A DNA stretch of 64,000 nucleotides, taken from contig CAWJQI010000004.1 in NCBI GenBank assembly GCA_963845085.1, positions 512,001 through 576,000 on the forward strand. Direction: 5' to 3'. This DNA is from Candidatus Fermentibacterota bacterium (GTDB taxonomy: Bacteria; Fermentibacterota; Fermentibacteria; Fermentibacterales; JCC-6). Positions 18,186-27,630 of this stretch are shown here, piece after piece. Every line of letters starts with the position of its first letter. The first letter of the stretch is position 1. The translations under genes were made by a program, and so were the position numbers. The notes beneath the pieces are model-generated. The model was not told where the DNA came from, made no database searches, and saw only the letters and a program-made list of their open reading frames with translations.

Positions 18186-19371
18186 GCTTGCCGTTCTCGG
18201 AGGTCGGCAGGCCTTCGACGAGCCTCTGCACGTCGGCAGGCCGAACCTTCCCGACCGCGGCACGTTCAACAGCCTTCTCGACGAGATGTTCGACAGGCGC
18301 TGGTTCACGAACTACGGCCCCCTTGTGAAACGCTTCCAGGACGAGTTGCAGACTCTGCTCGGCGTTAAGCACTGCATCCCACTTTGCAATGGAACCATAG
18401 CGCTCGAGCTTGCCTGCAGGGCGATCGGTCTCTCCGGCGAGGTCATCATCCCCTCGTTTACCTTCATCGCAACGGCGCACGCCCTCAAGTGGCAGCAGAT
18501 AACCCCTGTCTTCTGCGACATGAGGGAAAGCGATTTCACCATGGACCCTGACAAGATTGAAGATCTGGTCACGGAAAACACCACCGGAATAATCGGCGTG
18601 CACGTCTACGGCAATCCCTGCGACGACCGGGCCATTCGTAGGATCGCCGGCAAACACCGATTGAAGGTCGTCTACGATGCCGCCCATGCATTCACGAACG
18701 AGGTGAACGGCATTCCGATCTGCCGGATGGGCGACATATCCGTGCTGAGCTTCCACGCCACCAAGTTCTTCAGCACATTCGAGGGCGGAGCAGTGGCCAC
18801 CGACAACGATGAACTCGCGCACAGGGTCCGCCTCATGATGAACTTCGGCTTCGGCGGCAAGGACAGGGACCGGGTCGATTACATCGGCACCAACGGCAAG
18901 ATGACCGAGGTCTGCTCGGCCATGGGGCTGGCCATGCTGGACCGGGTGGAGGCCATCCGCACAATCAACGAGCGGAACTTCCACGGATACGGGAACCGCC
19001 TTTCCGGCATACCTGGGATCACCCTGCGTGAACCTTCGGGCGATCTGACAAAACAGAACTGGCAGTACGTGATCATTACCGTCGACAGCAGCGCCTTCGG
19101 CCTCTCCCGGGATGACCTGATCGCGGTTCTCGACGCCGAGAATGTACTGGCGAGGCGCTATTTCTACCCCGGCTGCCACAGGATGGAGCCCTACCTGAAC
19201 TGCTTCCCGAACAAGGGCAGGCTTCTTCCTGTCACCGACAGGATCTCCGAGACCGTGATCTCTCTCCCGACGGGCGAACCTGTGGACGAGTGCGTGATCG
19301 ATACCGTCGCCGACATCATCCGGACCGCAGGAATGAATGCTCGGCCCGTTCTGAAAGCCCTGCATGGCTGA
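18178..19371 (+). CDS. vioA: DegT/DnrJ/EryC1/StrS sugar aminotransferase (VioA/DesI-like)
   Basis: [32 protein letters not shown] (PLP Lys), EGGA, NGKMTE, RRYFYP; vioB-like gene nearby. Confidence 0.8.
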   Translation: MRKLAVLGGRQAFDEPLHVGRPNLPDRGTFNSLLDEMFDRRWFTNYGPLVKRFQDELQTLLGVKHCIPLCNGTIALELACRAIGLSGEVIIPSFTFIATAHALKWQQITPVFCDMRESDFTMDPDKIEDLVTENTTGIIGVHVYGNPCDDRAIRRIAGKHRLKVVYDAAHAFTNEVNGIPICRMGDISVLSFHATKFFSTFEGGAVATDNDELAHRVRLMMNFGFGGKDRDRVDYIGTNGKMTEVCSAMGLAMLDRVEAIRTINERNFHGYGNRLSGIPGITLREPSGDLTKQNWQYVIITVDSSAFGLSRDDLIAVLDAENVLARRYFYPGCHRMEPYLNCFPNKGRLLPVTDRISETVISLPTGEPVDECVIDTVADIIRTAGMNARPVLKALHG

Positions 19372-20373
19372 CAGGAAGACTTATGGGGGCTTTTTTGCGC
19401 TTGAGCGGTGCCACGGCGCCCGGGGGAAAACTCCCGGATCTGTCATCTCGGTGGCGCCATCAGTTTCTACAACGCAAGAAGTGCAATAGCAGCGCTTATC
19501 CGGGAAAATGCCTTCAGGGATGTGGTGCTTCCGCACTACATCTGCCCCGTTGTTCATCGCGCGGTTGAAGAAACCGGTGCTCCGGCAAGGTTCTACCCTG
19601 TCACCCCGGACTTCTCCCCCGATTATTCCACCCTCTCGGCCATGGTCCGGGAAGACACTCTTCTCATCGTCCCGGCCTACTTCGGTGTCTGCCTGCCGGA
19701 TATGGAAGCCCTTTCCCTTCTCTCACGGGGAACCGGGTGCAGAGTCCTCCTCGATTACGCCCAGGCTCTGTATGAACCCTGCCCTGCGGAGTTTTCCGCG
19801 GTCTACTCCCCCAGGAAGTTCCTCGGGGTTCCGGATGGCGGATTTCTGCTGGTCGGCGCGGGATCAAGGCTGAAGGCACCGGCGCAGCCCGTGCACAAGG
19901 TTGATCAATCCGTTTTCGGAGAACGCCTTGCATGCCACGGCACGAGGGGGGAATACCCTTCGGGTGACCTGCTTGATGTTTTCAGAGCCCTCGAGCAGAA
20001 CATGCCCAGCGGAGCGATCCGCATGTCCGGGCTTGCCATGAGCATCTTCACGGCATTCGACCACGATGCGGCCTGTGCTCAGCGAACGGCGAACCATGAT
20101 GCGCTTGCTTCCGCGCTTGGGTCCGAACCTGTGGGGGGTGGCTCGGTACCCCTTTGCTACCCTTTCAGGGTGGATCCCTCCCGTTTTGAACCGATGAGAA
20201 AGGCCCTGATCAAGGCGGGCGTATTTGTACCCTTCTACTGGCCGGGTCCTCCCGACCTGATGAGGCCGGGTACGGGCGTACTCCCTCTTCCCGTCGATCA
20301 CAGGTATAACTTCAAGGACATGGCCGCCGTTGCCGGAGCGGTCATCGAAATCCTTCACGGGAGGTCATCTTGA
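19364..20373 (+). CDS. DegT-fold PLP-type hypothetical protein, apparent 1-nt frameshift between 19406 and 19455
   Basis: ATG 19364 overlapping the vioA stop gives [14 protein letters not shown]; the other frame continues NARSAI, LPHYICP, YFG, DYAQA, YSPRKFLGVPDGG, LPVDHRY. Confidence 0.7.
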
Positions 20374-20984
20374 GTTCCTTCTATTCCGACACAGAGCTCA
20401 TGGAAATCGGCTTCGAAACCATGGGGCACGACATCAGGATCAGCCGCAGGGCAAGCATCTACCACCCCGAGCGGATCTCTCTCGGAAGCCACGTGCGGAT
20501 CGATGATTTCTGCGTTCTTTCCGCATGCAGCGACGGCTTCATAAAGATCGGCAGTTTTGTTCATATTGCGGCGCTCTGTCTCATCGAGGCCCCCGCGGGG
20601 TTCGAAATGGAGGACTTTTCCGGGCTTGCCGGAAGATGCACCGTATACGGCGGAACCGATGACTACTCGGGCGAACATCTGACCAATCCCTGCGTTCCAT
20701 GGGAGTTCAGGAGCTGCGTCTGGAAAACGATACGAATGAGGAGGCACGCCCTTGCCGGAGCGGGTGCGGTCATCCTGCCAGGAGTGACCATGGGTGAGTG
20801 CAGCGTGGCTGGTGCGATGTCACTCGTTACGAGATCGATACCGGACGGGCAGATCCACGCGGGCGTACCGGCGCGTTTCATCAAGGAGAGAAGCATGAAG
20901 CTTCTCGAACTCGAGGAAGAGTTCAGATCCAGGCTGACCCTGGGCACCGACTGGTGCCGGGTCTGTGCCCCGAAAAAGGGGTGA
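20370..20984 (+). CDS. vioB: Hexapeptide-repeat N-acyltransferase (VioB-like)
   Basis: ELMEIGF..MG..IRISRRAS.Y, VRIDDFCVLSA, DDYSGE.LTNP, GVPARFIKERS..LLELE match the VioB pattern as I recall it. Confidence 0.8.
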   Translation: MSSFYSDTELMEIGFETMGHDIRISRRASIYHPERISLGSHVRIDDFCVLSACSDGFIKIGSFVHIAALCLIEAPAGFEMEDFSGLAGRCTVYGGTDDYSGEHLTNPCVPWEFRSCVWKTIRMRRHALAGAGAVILPGVTMGECSVAGAMSLVTRSIPDGQIHAGVPARFIKERSMKLLELEEEFRSRLTLGTDWCRVCAPKKG

Positions 20985-20985
20985 A

Positions 20986-21981
20986 ATGGCACAGGAAACA
21001 CTTGTCAGGCGTGTTCGGATAATCGGCACGGGCAGCCATGTCCCTGAGAGGGTCGTGACGAACACCGAGCTTGCAGGCAGGGTCTCGACGTCGGATGAAT
21101 GGATCCGGGAAAAGCTCGGCATCCGTGAGAGAAGGGTGGCCGACCCCTCGGTCTGCACATCTGTGCTCGCCGCCGAGGCAGGGAAAAAGGCCCTCGAGAA
21201 GGCCGGTGTCGAGGCAGACGAACTCGACATGATCATACTCGCCACCGCCACACCTGACCGAATCGCACCGGCCACGGCTCCGAAGGTGCAGGCGCTCCTC
21301 GGCGCCTGGAATGCGGCTGCGTTCGACATGAACGCAGTATGTGCGGGCTTCATATACGCTCTGACCATGGGGGCGCAGTTCGTCGGGACCGGCATGTCCA
21401 GAAAGGTGCTCGTCATTGGCGCCGACACATTCTCCCGCATCACTGACTGGACCAGGCGTGACTGCGTTTTCTTCGGGGACGGTGCTGGGGCGGTTGTGCT
21501 CTCGCATTCCGAGGATGACACGGGGTTCCTGTGTTCCAGGCTGTATGCGGACGGCAGGGGATACGAGGCTTTCACGGTTCCTGCGGGGGGAACCGAGACA
21601 CCGGCAACCCCCGACACGGTGGCGGCTGGGCTGCATTTCTACAGAATGGACGGCCAGGCTGTTTTCAACACGGCGGTTAAGGTGATTCCCGACGCTCTTA
21701 TGCAGGTCATAGAAAAATCAGGGTTCAAGGTGTCCGATGTCGATCACGTGATCCCCCATCAGCCAAGCGTGAGGATCCTCGAGGAAAGCGCCAGACGGAT
21801 CGGAATCCCTTTTGAAAAGTTCCACACGAACATGGACAGATTCGCCAACACATCAAGCTCCACCATCCCCCTCCTTCTCGACGAGGTGAACCGCAGTGGC
21901 CTCATCAGGCCGGGCGAACTGGTCGCCTTTGTCGCAGTCGGTGCGGGATGGGCATGGGGGGCATCCCTTCTGAGATGGTAG
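20986..21981 (+). CDS. fabH: 3-oxoacyl-ACP/CoA synthase III (FabH family)
   Basis: Cys-His-Asn triad in AVCAGF, PHQPS, ANTSS; GIRERR, FGDGAGA. Confidence 0.9.
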   Translation: MAQETLVRRVRIIGTGSHVPERVVTNTELAGRVSTSDEWIREKLGIRERRVADPSVCTSVLAAEAGKKALEKAGVEADELDMIILATATPDRIAPATAPKVQALLGAWNAAAFDMNAVCAGFIYALTMGAQFVGTGMSRKVLVIGADTFSRITDWTRRDCVFFGDGAGAVVLSHSEDDTGFLCSRLYADGRGYEAFTVPAGGTETPATPDTVAAGLHFYRMDGQAVFNTAVKVIPDALMQVIEKSGFKVSDVDHVIPHQPSVRILEESARRIGIPFEKFHTNMDRFANTSSSTIPLLLDEVNRSGLIRPGELVAFVAVGAGWAWGASLLRW

Positions 21982-22667
21982 ACAACAGCCCGCTGTACGT
22001 TGTTGTGGGAGGGTCGTCTTCACTGGGTGCGGCTGTGGTCTCGGGCCTGACCGCCAGGAACCGCAGGGTGATAAGCACATTCATGAGGGACAGACCCGCA
22101 CCCGGCCCCGGGGAAATGCACTGCGACGTAACAAGCCTTGACGACTGCCGGGCGGTTGCCGACCGCGCCTTCAGCCAGAGCAGAAAGGTGTTCGTTGTCT
22201 GCCTTTCGGGCATTTCCGTCAGCTCGATGATCCACAAAACGAACCCCGATGACTGGAACAGAGTCCTGAATGTCAATCTTGGCGGTGCATTCCAGGTGGC
22301 CCGTGCCTTCCTTCCCGGAATGAGGGAGGCGGGCTATGGCAGGCTGGCATTCGCCGGGTCCGTGGCCGGCAGGCTTGGTGCGGTCGGCACTGGTTCCTAC
22401 AGCGCTTCGAAGGAGGGGCTCAGGGGCCTTGTCCGGGTGATTGCCTGTGAAAACGCCTCAAAGGGAATTTCGGCCAACACCATCGAGATCGGTTACATGG
22501 ACTCCGGGCTGACGAACACCATCCCGGAAGCGATCAGGGAGAGTATTCGCGGGCAGATCCCGGCCGGACGATTCGGCGCCCCGGGTGAACTCACACCGGT
22601 TCTTCTGATGCTTGAGGAAGCATCCTACGTGAACGGTTCCGTCATCACCATATCGGGCGGTCTCTGA
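21975..22667 (+). CDS. SDR oxidoreductase, FabG/acetoacetyl-CoA reductase-like
   Basis: GGSSSLG, VNLGG, YSASK, IPAGRFG, YVNG; overlaps the fabH stop. Confidence 0.85.
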   Translation: MVDNSPLYVVVGGSSSLGAAVVSGLTARNRRVISTFMRDRPAPGPGEMHCDVTSLDDCRAVADRAFSQSRKVFVVCLSGISVSSMIHKTNPDDWNRVLNVNLGGAFQVARAFLPGMREAGYGRLAFAGSVAGRLGAVGTGSYSASKEGLRGLVRVIACENASKGISANTIEIGYMDSGLTNTIPEAIRESIRGQIPAGRFGAPGELTPVLLMLEEASYVNGSVITISGGL

Positions 22668-22698
22668 TCCGTGGGGCCGAGCTGTCCGGCTGCTTCCG

Positions 22699-23767
22699 TC
22701 AGCCGCTCCCGTACATCCATCTGAGAGGGTAGGCCGATGCGGCTTCCGACGATTGGGGAGGATGAGACAGGCATTTATTTATAAGATCATTATATATTTT
22801 GCGATCATGTATCCGCGTGGCTATCGTGAATCCAACCACCCCTTCGGGTGAGAACGACCTTTTGTATTCAAATATGCCGTCGGACCCCCCCGGTCCTCCT
22901 CCGAGCAGATAGTTCTCATATCCCTTCTCCCTGGCCCACCTGATGATCTCATGCTTCAAAAGGTTGTTCGGCCGCAACTCGTAGAACTCCTCCATCGTGC
23001 CGCCGAGAAATGAGTAGACTGCGGTTTCAGAGCAGAGTACCAGTTCGACCGAGAGAGTCCTGCCATTTTGAACCGCGTAGAAGACTCTGCAGTTTCCGCC
23101 CAGCCCGGCCGCCAGCCGGTCATAAAAGCCGGCAGGGAAAAGAAACTCCTGTTTTGCCTCCCGGCGCTTCATCGTGTGCGCATAGATTTCCAGGTAGTCC
23201 CCGAACCTTGCGCCTCCGATCCCCTCGTGAACGATCTCCACTCCGGATCGAAGGGCCTTGCTTATGTTTTTCCTGTTGTTGTGCCTGTATCCCTTCCAGA
23301 TCTCCTCGTCGGAGCGCTGCAGTGCGACAACGATCTGGTCATTGGCCTTTTGAAGGCTGTAGTGCCCGCGCCAGACGGTCATCGATCCCCAGAAGAGGGT
23401 TAAGACGGATCAGCTCCGCAACCACGCCCGACCCACGACAGTGGCAACCGAAGGATGCAAGGAAAGCCGCCAGAAGTCGTGCGTTGTCAGTGGCGCCGTA
23501 GATGCCTCCGTAGCCGTAGGCAGTGATGATGTCACATGAATCCCGCGGGGCATCGAGCCATGGGTATCTGGAAAGGGGGCATCTGAAATACGGGTAAACG
23601 AGCGTTCCTTCTTCTTCCTCGGCGATGGCGCACTCAGGGATCCTGTTCGTGTCGAGAAGCGCATGCGCCTCATAATACGGCCTGAGCGCGTAGACATCCC
23701 GCCGGGAAGCCGGCAGGGAACCGAGGGCTTCGTCCCACCTTGCGCTGCCTGAAGAAACGATCTCCAT
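22699..23767 (-). CDS. FemAB-like/GNAT transferase, split by a frameshift near 23370
   Basis: N part DIITAYGYGG, ELIRLNPLL; C part NRKNISKA, YAHTMKRR, PNNLLK, LGGG, FEYKRSFS; halves overlap one base out of frame. Confidence 0.78.
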
Positions 23768-23913
23768 GCCGTTCATTCCTCCCCTGGTCCATCGAGCCCT
23801 ATCATTAAGCTTTCATCGCAATGCCGCCACATTGCCAAGACTCAGTCGAGCCATTAGCTTTCAGACGCCTTCAGGCGTGTTCTTCACTTCGACTCGTCTT
23901 CGAACGGACTTTG

Positions 23914-24894
23914 ATGAGCCATCGCACGCGGATACTGGGTTACTTCCTGCCCCTTGCCGTTTCGGTCGGGTTGCTGTTCCTGATGTACCGCCATGTCCAG
24001 GCCGGACAGCTCGTGGATGAAGTAAGGCATGCCGGTCTTCCCTGGACACTTCTCTACATCGTTCTGTCCTCCGTCGAACCTCTTGTAAGGGGGCTGAGAT
24101 GGAGTTTTCTCGTCGGCGCGAAATCACGATCAGCTGCGATCAAAGGCCTTTACATTGCTAAAGCAGGAAACAATCTGCTGCCACTTCGTATGGGCGATGC
24201 CGTGAGAACACAGTATCTGAGGGACTGCGAAGGAATCCCCTATTCAACAACAGCCGCATCGATACTCGCCGAAACCGCTCTTGATCTCGTGATGCTCGGG
24301 CTGCTCGTGCTGTTCTTCGCCCTGTTTGCAGCCTCGGCAACCGGGGTGATGATGTCGGTGGCACTCCTCGCGGGAATCCCCCTCGCAGTTTTCCTTTTCA
24401 CAAGGGGAGCCAGGTTCGTTCCCCGCCTTCTGCGAAGGTCTTTTGTCTTCAACGTGATAGGCCTGTTGACTGCGAGGCTCAGACTCATACTTTCGAGCGG
24501 GAACAGGATCGCAGTCATCGCGCTGACAGCCCTTCTATGGATCGTAACCCTCTCAGCCTCCTACTCCGGTCTGAGAATGTTCCTTCCACATGTGGGGTTC
24601 ATGGGCGTTATTTCCTCCATCGTATTCGTCTATTTCTCGGTGCTGGTACCCTCCGCGCCCGGTTTCATCGGAACGTATCATGCAGCGCTTGCGGGCAGTC
24701 TTGCCGTGATGGGGTACTCGCTTGCCGAATACCCTGCCGTCCCCATTGTGCTGCATCTTCTCCAGTTCATCCCCCAGACGATCATCGGACTGATCTTCGG
24801 GATCCGATACCTTTTCTCCAATGACTGGCGCAATGCCCTGGACGGGTTGAACAGCGCGAGAAGAAAACTCTTTCAGGGACGAGCGGAAGCATGA
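23914..24894 (+). CDS. UPF0104 / lysylphosphatidylglycerol-synthase TM-domain protein (putative flippase)
   Basis: RGLRW, NNLLPLRMGDAVR, PSAPGFIGTYH; many TM helices. Confidence 0.85.
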   Translation: MSHRTRILGYFLPLAVSVGLLFLMYRHVQAGQLVDEVRHAGLPWTLLYIVLSSVEPLVRGLRWSFLVGAKSRSAAIKGLYIAKAGNNLLPLRMGDAVRTQYLRDCEGIPYSTTAASILAETALDLVMLGLLVLFFALFAASATGVMMSVALLAGIPLAVFLFTRGARFVPRLLRRSFVFNVIGLLTARLRLILSSGNRIAVIALTALLWIVTLSASYSGLRMFLPHVGFMGVISSIVFVYFSVLVPSAPGFIGTYHAALAGSLAVMGYSLAEYPAVPIVLHLLQFIPQTIIGLIFGIRYLFSNDWRNALDGLNSARRKLFQGRAEA

Positions 24895-26237
24895 AAATAG
24901 CCGTGATCGGTGGCGGGATTTCCGGAGTGGCGGCTTCATACTTCCTTCTGCAGGGGAAGCGGTCCGACGACATCGAGGTGCGCCTGTACGAAAAGAGGCC
25001 CTTGATCGGAGGTCTGTGCCAGACGGTGGACATCGACGGGTTCAGGTTCGATTTCGGTCCCCACAACATCCATTCCATCGATCCCTGGTTCAACCTTTTC
25101 ATGGAAAACCTGCTGGGCAGCGAGTACCGAACACGAATCTACCAGCCCAAGGTCGTCTTCCGCGACAGTTTCATACCCTACCCCATGAAGGGGCTGGACA
25201 TCCTCAAGGGTGTCTCCGCCTGGACGTCGGCAGCATGTGCGGCAAGCTTCGTCTGGAGCAGGATTGAATCGCTGTTCAGGGCATGGGAGGACGACAGTTT
25301 CGAGGACTTCATAAGGAACAGGTTTGGCAGAAAGCTTTACGACATCTATTTCGGCCCCTTCACCGAAAAGACCTGGGGAGTGCCGGGCAGCATGATCTCG
25401 GCGGATTTCGGCAGGCAGCGCATAGGGGTCTTTACCCTCTGGGACCTGTTCAAAAGAACATTTCTCGGCATCAAACCGAAAGCCATGGAATCCGAGGAGG
25501 ACCCGTTCCTCAACTCGCGCTGCGTCTACCCGGATCAGGGCAGCGGCACCATAATCGACGCCCTGATCGGCCCCTGCCTTGCCGACCCGCGGTTCAGGCT
25601 GAGTGCGCCCCATGCCGTCGACCGGATCACTCCCGACGCAGGCGGCTACCTCGTCTCATCGAACGGTTCCGATTTCAGGGCTGACATGGTGTTTTCGAGC
25701 ATTTCGCTCACAGATCTTTTCGAAGCGCTCGGGTTGCCCGATCCGGGCCTCGTTTACGTCTCAACCCGTTTTCTCCTTCTTGCCATCGACCAGGAAACGG
25801 TTTTCGGAACCACGCCATGGGTATACTTCGCCGACGACAGGACAGCGTTCAACCGCGTCAGCGAACCCAGAAACATGAGCCCGATGATGGCGCCCGGGGG
25901 GAAAACCTCCCTGTGCATTGAGTTCACGACCACGGGAGACGATGCGATCGCAGGGGCTTCAGGCGAAGCCCTTCTTGAAATGGCCGTGACCGGTCTTTCA
26001 CAGTACGGCCTGCTGAAGCCGGGTGCGGTCCGGAACTGGAAAGTCGTTGACTGGGAGAACACATATCCCCTGAGGACACTGAACTACAGGGAAGTGACAT
26101 CCGCCGCCATGTCGGCCCTCGACGGCTTCGACAACCTGGTTTCGCACGGAAGGCTCGGGCGGTTCGAGTACTTCAACATGGACCATTGTGTAGCCGACGC
26201 ATTCAATACCGTCAACCGGCTTCTGCCGGAGGCCTGA
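24891..26237 (+). CDS. FAD-dependent oxidoreductase (protoporphyrinogen oxidase / UDP-galactopyranose mutase-like)
   Basis: MKIAVIGGGISG, GGLCQT, FDFGPH, FTEKTWG, GRLGRFEYFNMDH. Confidence 0.85.
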   Translation: MKIAVIGGGISGVAASYFLLQGKRSDDIEVRLYEKRPLIGGLCQTVDIDGFRFDFGPHNIHSIDPWFNLFMENLLGSEYRTRIYQPKVVFRDSFIPYPMKGLDILKGVSAWTSAACAASFVWSRIESLFRAWEDDSFEDFIRNRFGRKLYDIYFGPFTEKTWGVPGSMISADFGRQRIGVFTLWDLFKRTFLGIKPKAMESEEDPFLNSRCVYPDQGSGTIIDALIGPCLADPRFRLSAPHAVDRITPDAGGYLVSSNGSDFRADMVFSSISLTDLFEALGLPDPGLVYVSTRFLLLAIDQETVFGTTPWVYFADDRTAFNRVSEPRNMSPMMAPGGKTSLCIEFTTTGDDAIAGASGEALLEMAVTGLSQYGLLKPGAVRNWKVVDWENTYPLRTLNYREVTSAAMSALDGFDNLVSHGRLGRFEYFNMDHCVADAFNTVNRLLPEA

Positions 26238-26280
26238 CTTCGGAGGGACTGACCTGACGGCATCACGGAAGAGTGCCATC

Positions 26281-27630
26281 ATGCCTGCAGCCGCGCTTGC
26301 GCTGATCGCCTGCCTCCGGATCGCAGGCCTCTTCCTTGTCGGCGACCCATGGAGCACGGAGTGGGAGCACAGGATATTCTACTCCGATACCTACTCCTAC
26401 CTGCATGCCGCGGATGAGCTTGCTGACGGCAGCCAGAACATGCCGCTCTTCAGGGTGCCGGGCTATCCGCTTCTCCTTCTCGGTACGAGGGACCTTTGCG
26501 GGCCTGCCTGGACCGCGACAATGATCATCCACCAGATTGCTGACTTACTTACCGCCCTTGTCGTTGTGGCAGTTTCCACCCCCCTGCTCGGAAAGGTTCG
26601 AGGCATCTGGTCGGGGGCCTTCTACCTGGCTCTGCCCTCGGGCATCCTCTACTCTTCCTTCATGATACCGGATATTCTGGTTGCCTGCCTGATCGCTCTG
26701 TCCGGCCTTCTCTGGCTCAGAACCCCTCCCGGGGCATCTCCTGCGAGGGGAGCGCTCAACGGCCTTCTCGGGGGTCTTTGCTTCTCTTCCGCACTGCTTC
26801 TCAAACCGGTGGTTCTTTATGCACCCCTCATATACCTTGCACTCGTATTCATCCCCAAAAACCGGGGCCGGCTTGCAAGAGCGCTGTTCGCGGTGATGCT
26901 TGCGCTTCCCAGCACCGGCACCTACCTGATCCTCCGGAACCACAACGAAAGGTCCTTCGGCCTCCCGGGCATCAGCACGCAGGATGCGCTCGAACCGATG
27001 GGAAGAATGGTTCAGATCGCGGATTACAGGGGGACGGGTGTCGGAGGGGAAACGTTCTGGACTTTCGAGGACAGCCTTTCGAATGAGGCCCTTCGCGACG
27101 GTGTTGTGGACTGGGGTCGACGTGACAGCCTTTTCAGGGCCGTCACAAGGGAGGCTGTTCTCTCCAATCCGCTGCGTGTGGCCTACTTCGAGCTGACGAG
27201 ATGGCCGAAATTCTTCGTGAACCTCGACGGCCACCAGCCATACCTCGGCATCACCCCGAGGAATGCAAAACCGCTCTGGTACGTCGCACTGACCTCGATG
27301 ATCCAGTTCCCGCTCGGAATCGCCCTGCTTGCGGCGCTTGCCGTCCCGGGGATCCGCAGGCGGCTTGGCAGGGTTTTCTGGCTGGGCCTGGCCTGGTTCC
27401 TCTACTGCGTCCCCGTGATCGGACCCATCGCCTCTTTCCGCTACGGTCTGATGTTCTACTGGGCCCTTGTGCCGTTTCTGTTCGTCGCCTGCGATGAACT
27501 CACCCGGGGGAAGGGAAGCCGTCAGGGCGCGACGGAACCCGGTCGGGATCTTCGTGCGAGCAGCACTGCCGCCATGCAGAGCGATGAAATGGCTGCGGCG
27601 GCCAAGACGGGGAAAAAGGTGAGGCCGTAG
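26281..27630 (+). CDS. GT-C fold integral membrane glycosyltransferase (ArnT/PMT-like)
   Basis: DTYSY, FRVPGYPLLL, MIPD, LLKP, C-terminal RY; many TM helices. Confidence 0.7.
   Translation: MPAAALALIACLRIAGLFLVGDPWSTEWEHRIFYSDTYSYLHAADELADGSQNMPLFRVPGYPLLLLGTRDLCGPAWTATMIIHQIADLLTALVVVAVSTPLLGKVRGIWSGAFYLALPSGILYSSFMIPDILVACLIALSGLLWLRTPPGASPARGALNGLLGGLCFSSALLLKPVVLYAPLIYLALVFIPKNRGRLARALFAVMLALPSTGTYLILRNHNERSFGLPGISTQDALEPMGRMVQIADYRGTGVGGETFWTFEDSLSNEALRDGVVDWGRRDSLFRAVTREAVLSNPLRVAYFELTRWPKFFVNLDGHQPYLGITPRNAKPLWYVALTSMIQFPLGIALLAALAVPGIRRRLGRVFWLGLAWFLYCVPVIGPIASFRYGLMFYWALVPFLFVACDELTRGKGSRQGATEPGRDLRASSTAAMQSDEMAAAAKTGKKVRP

Noticed and set aside
17340..19365. Minus-strand ORFs of 322 and 447 aa
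   Set aside because: Antisense to rfbA and vioA; no recognisable features.
19420..19432. GGGGGAAAAC as a programmed -1 frameshift site
   Set aside because: The X XXY YYZ heptamer is not in register with the upstream frame; an indel error is simpler.
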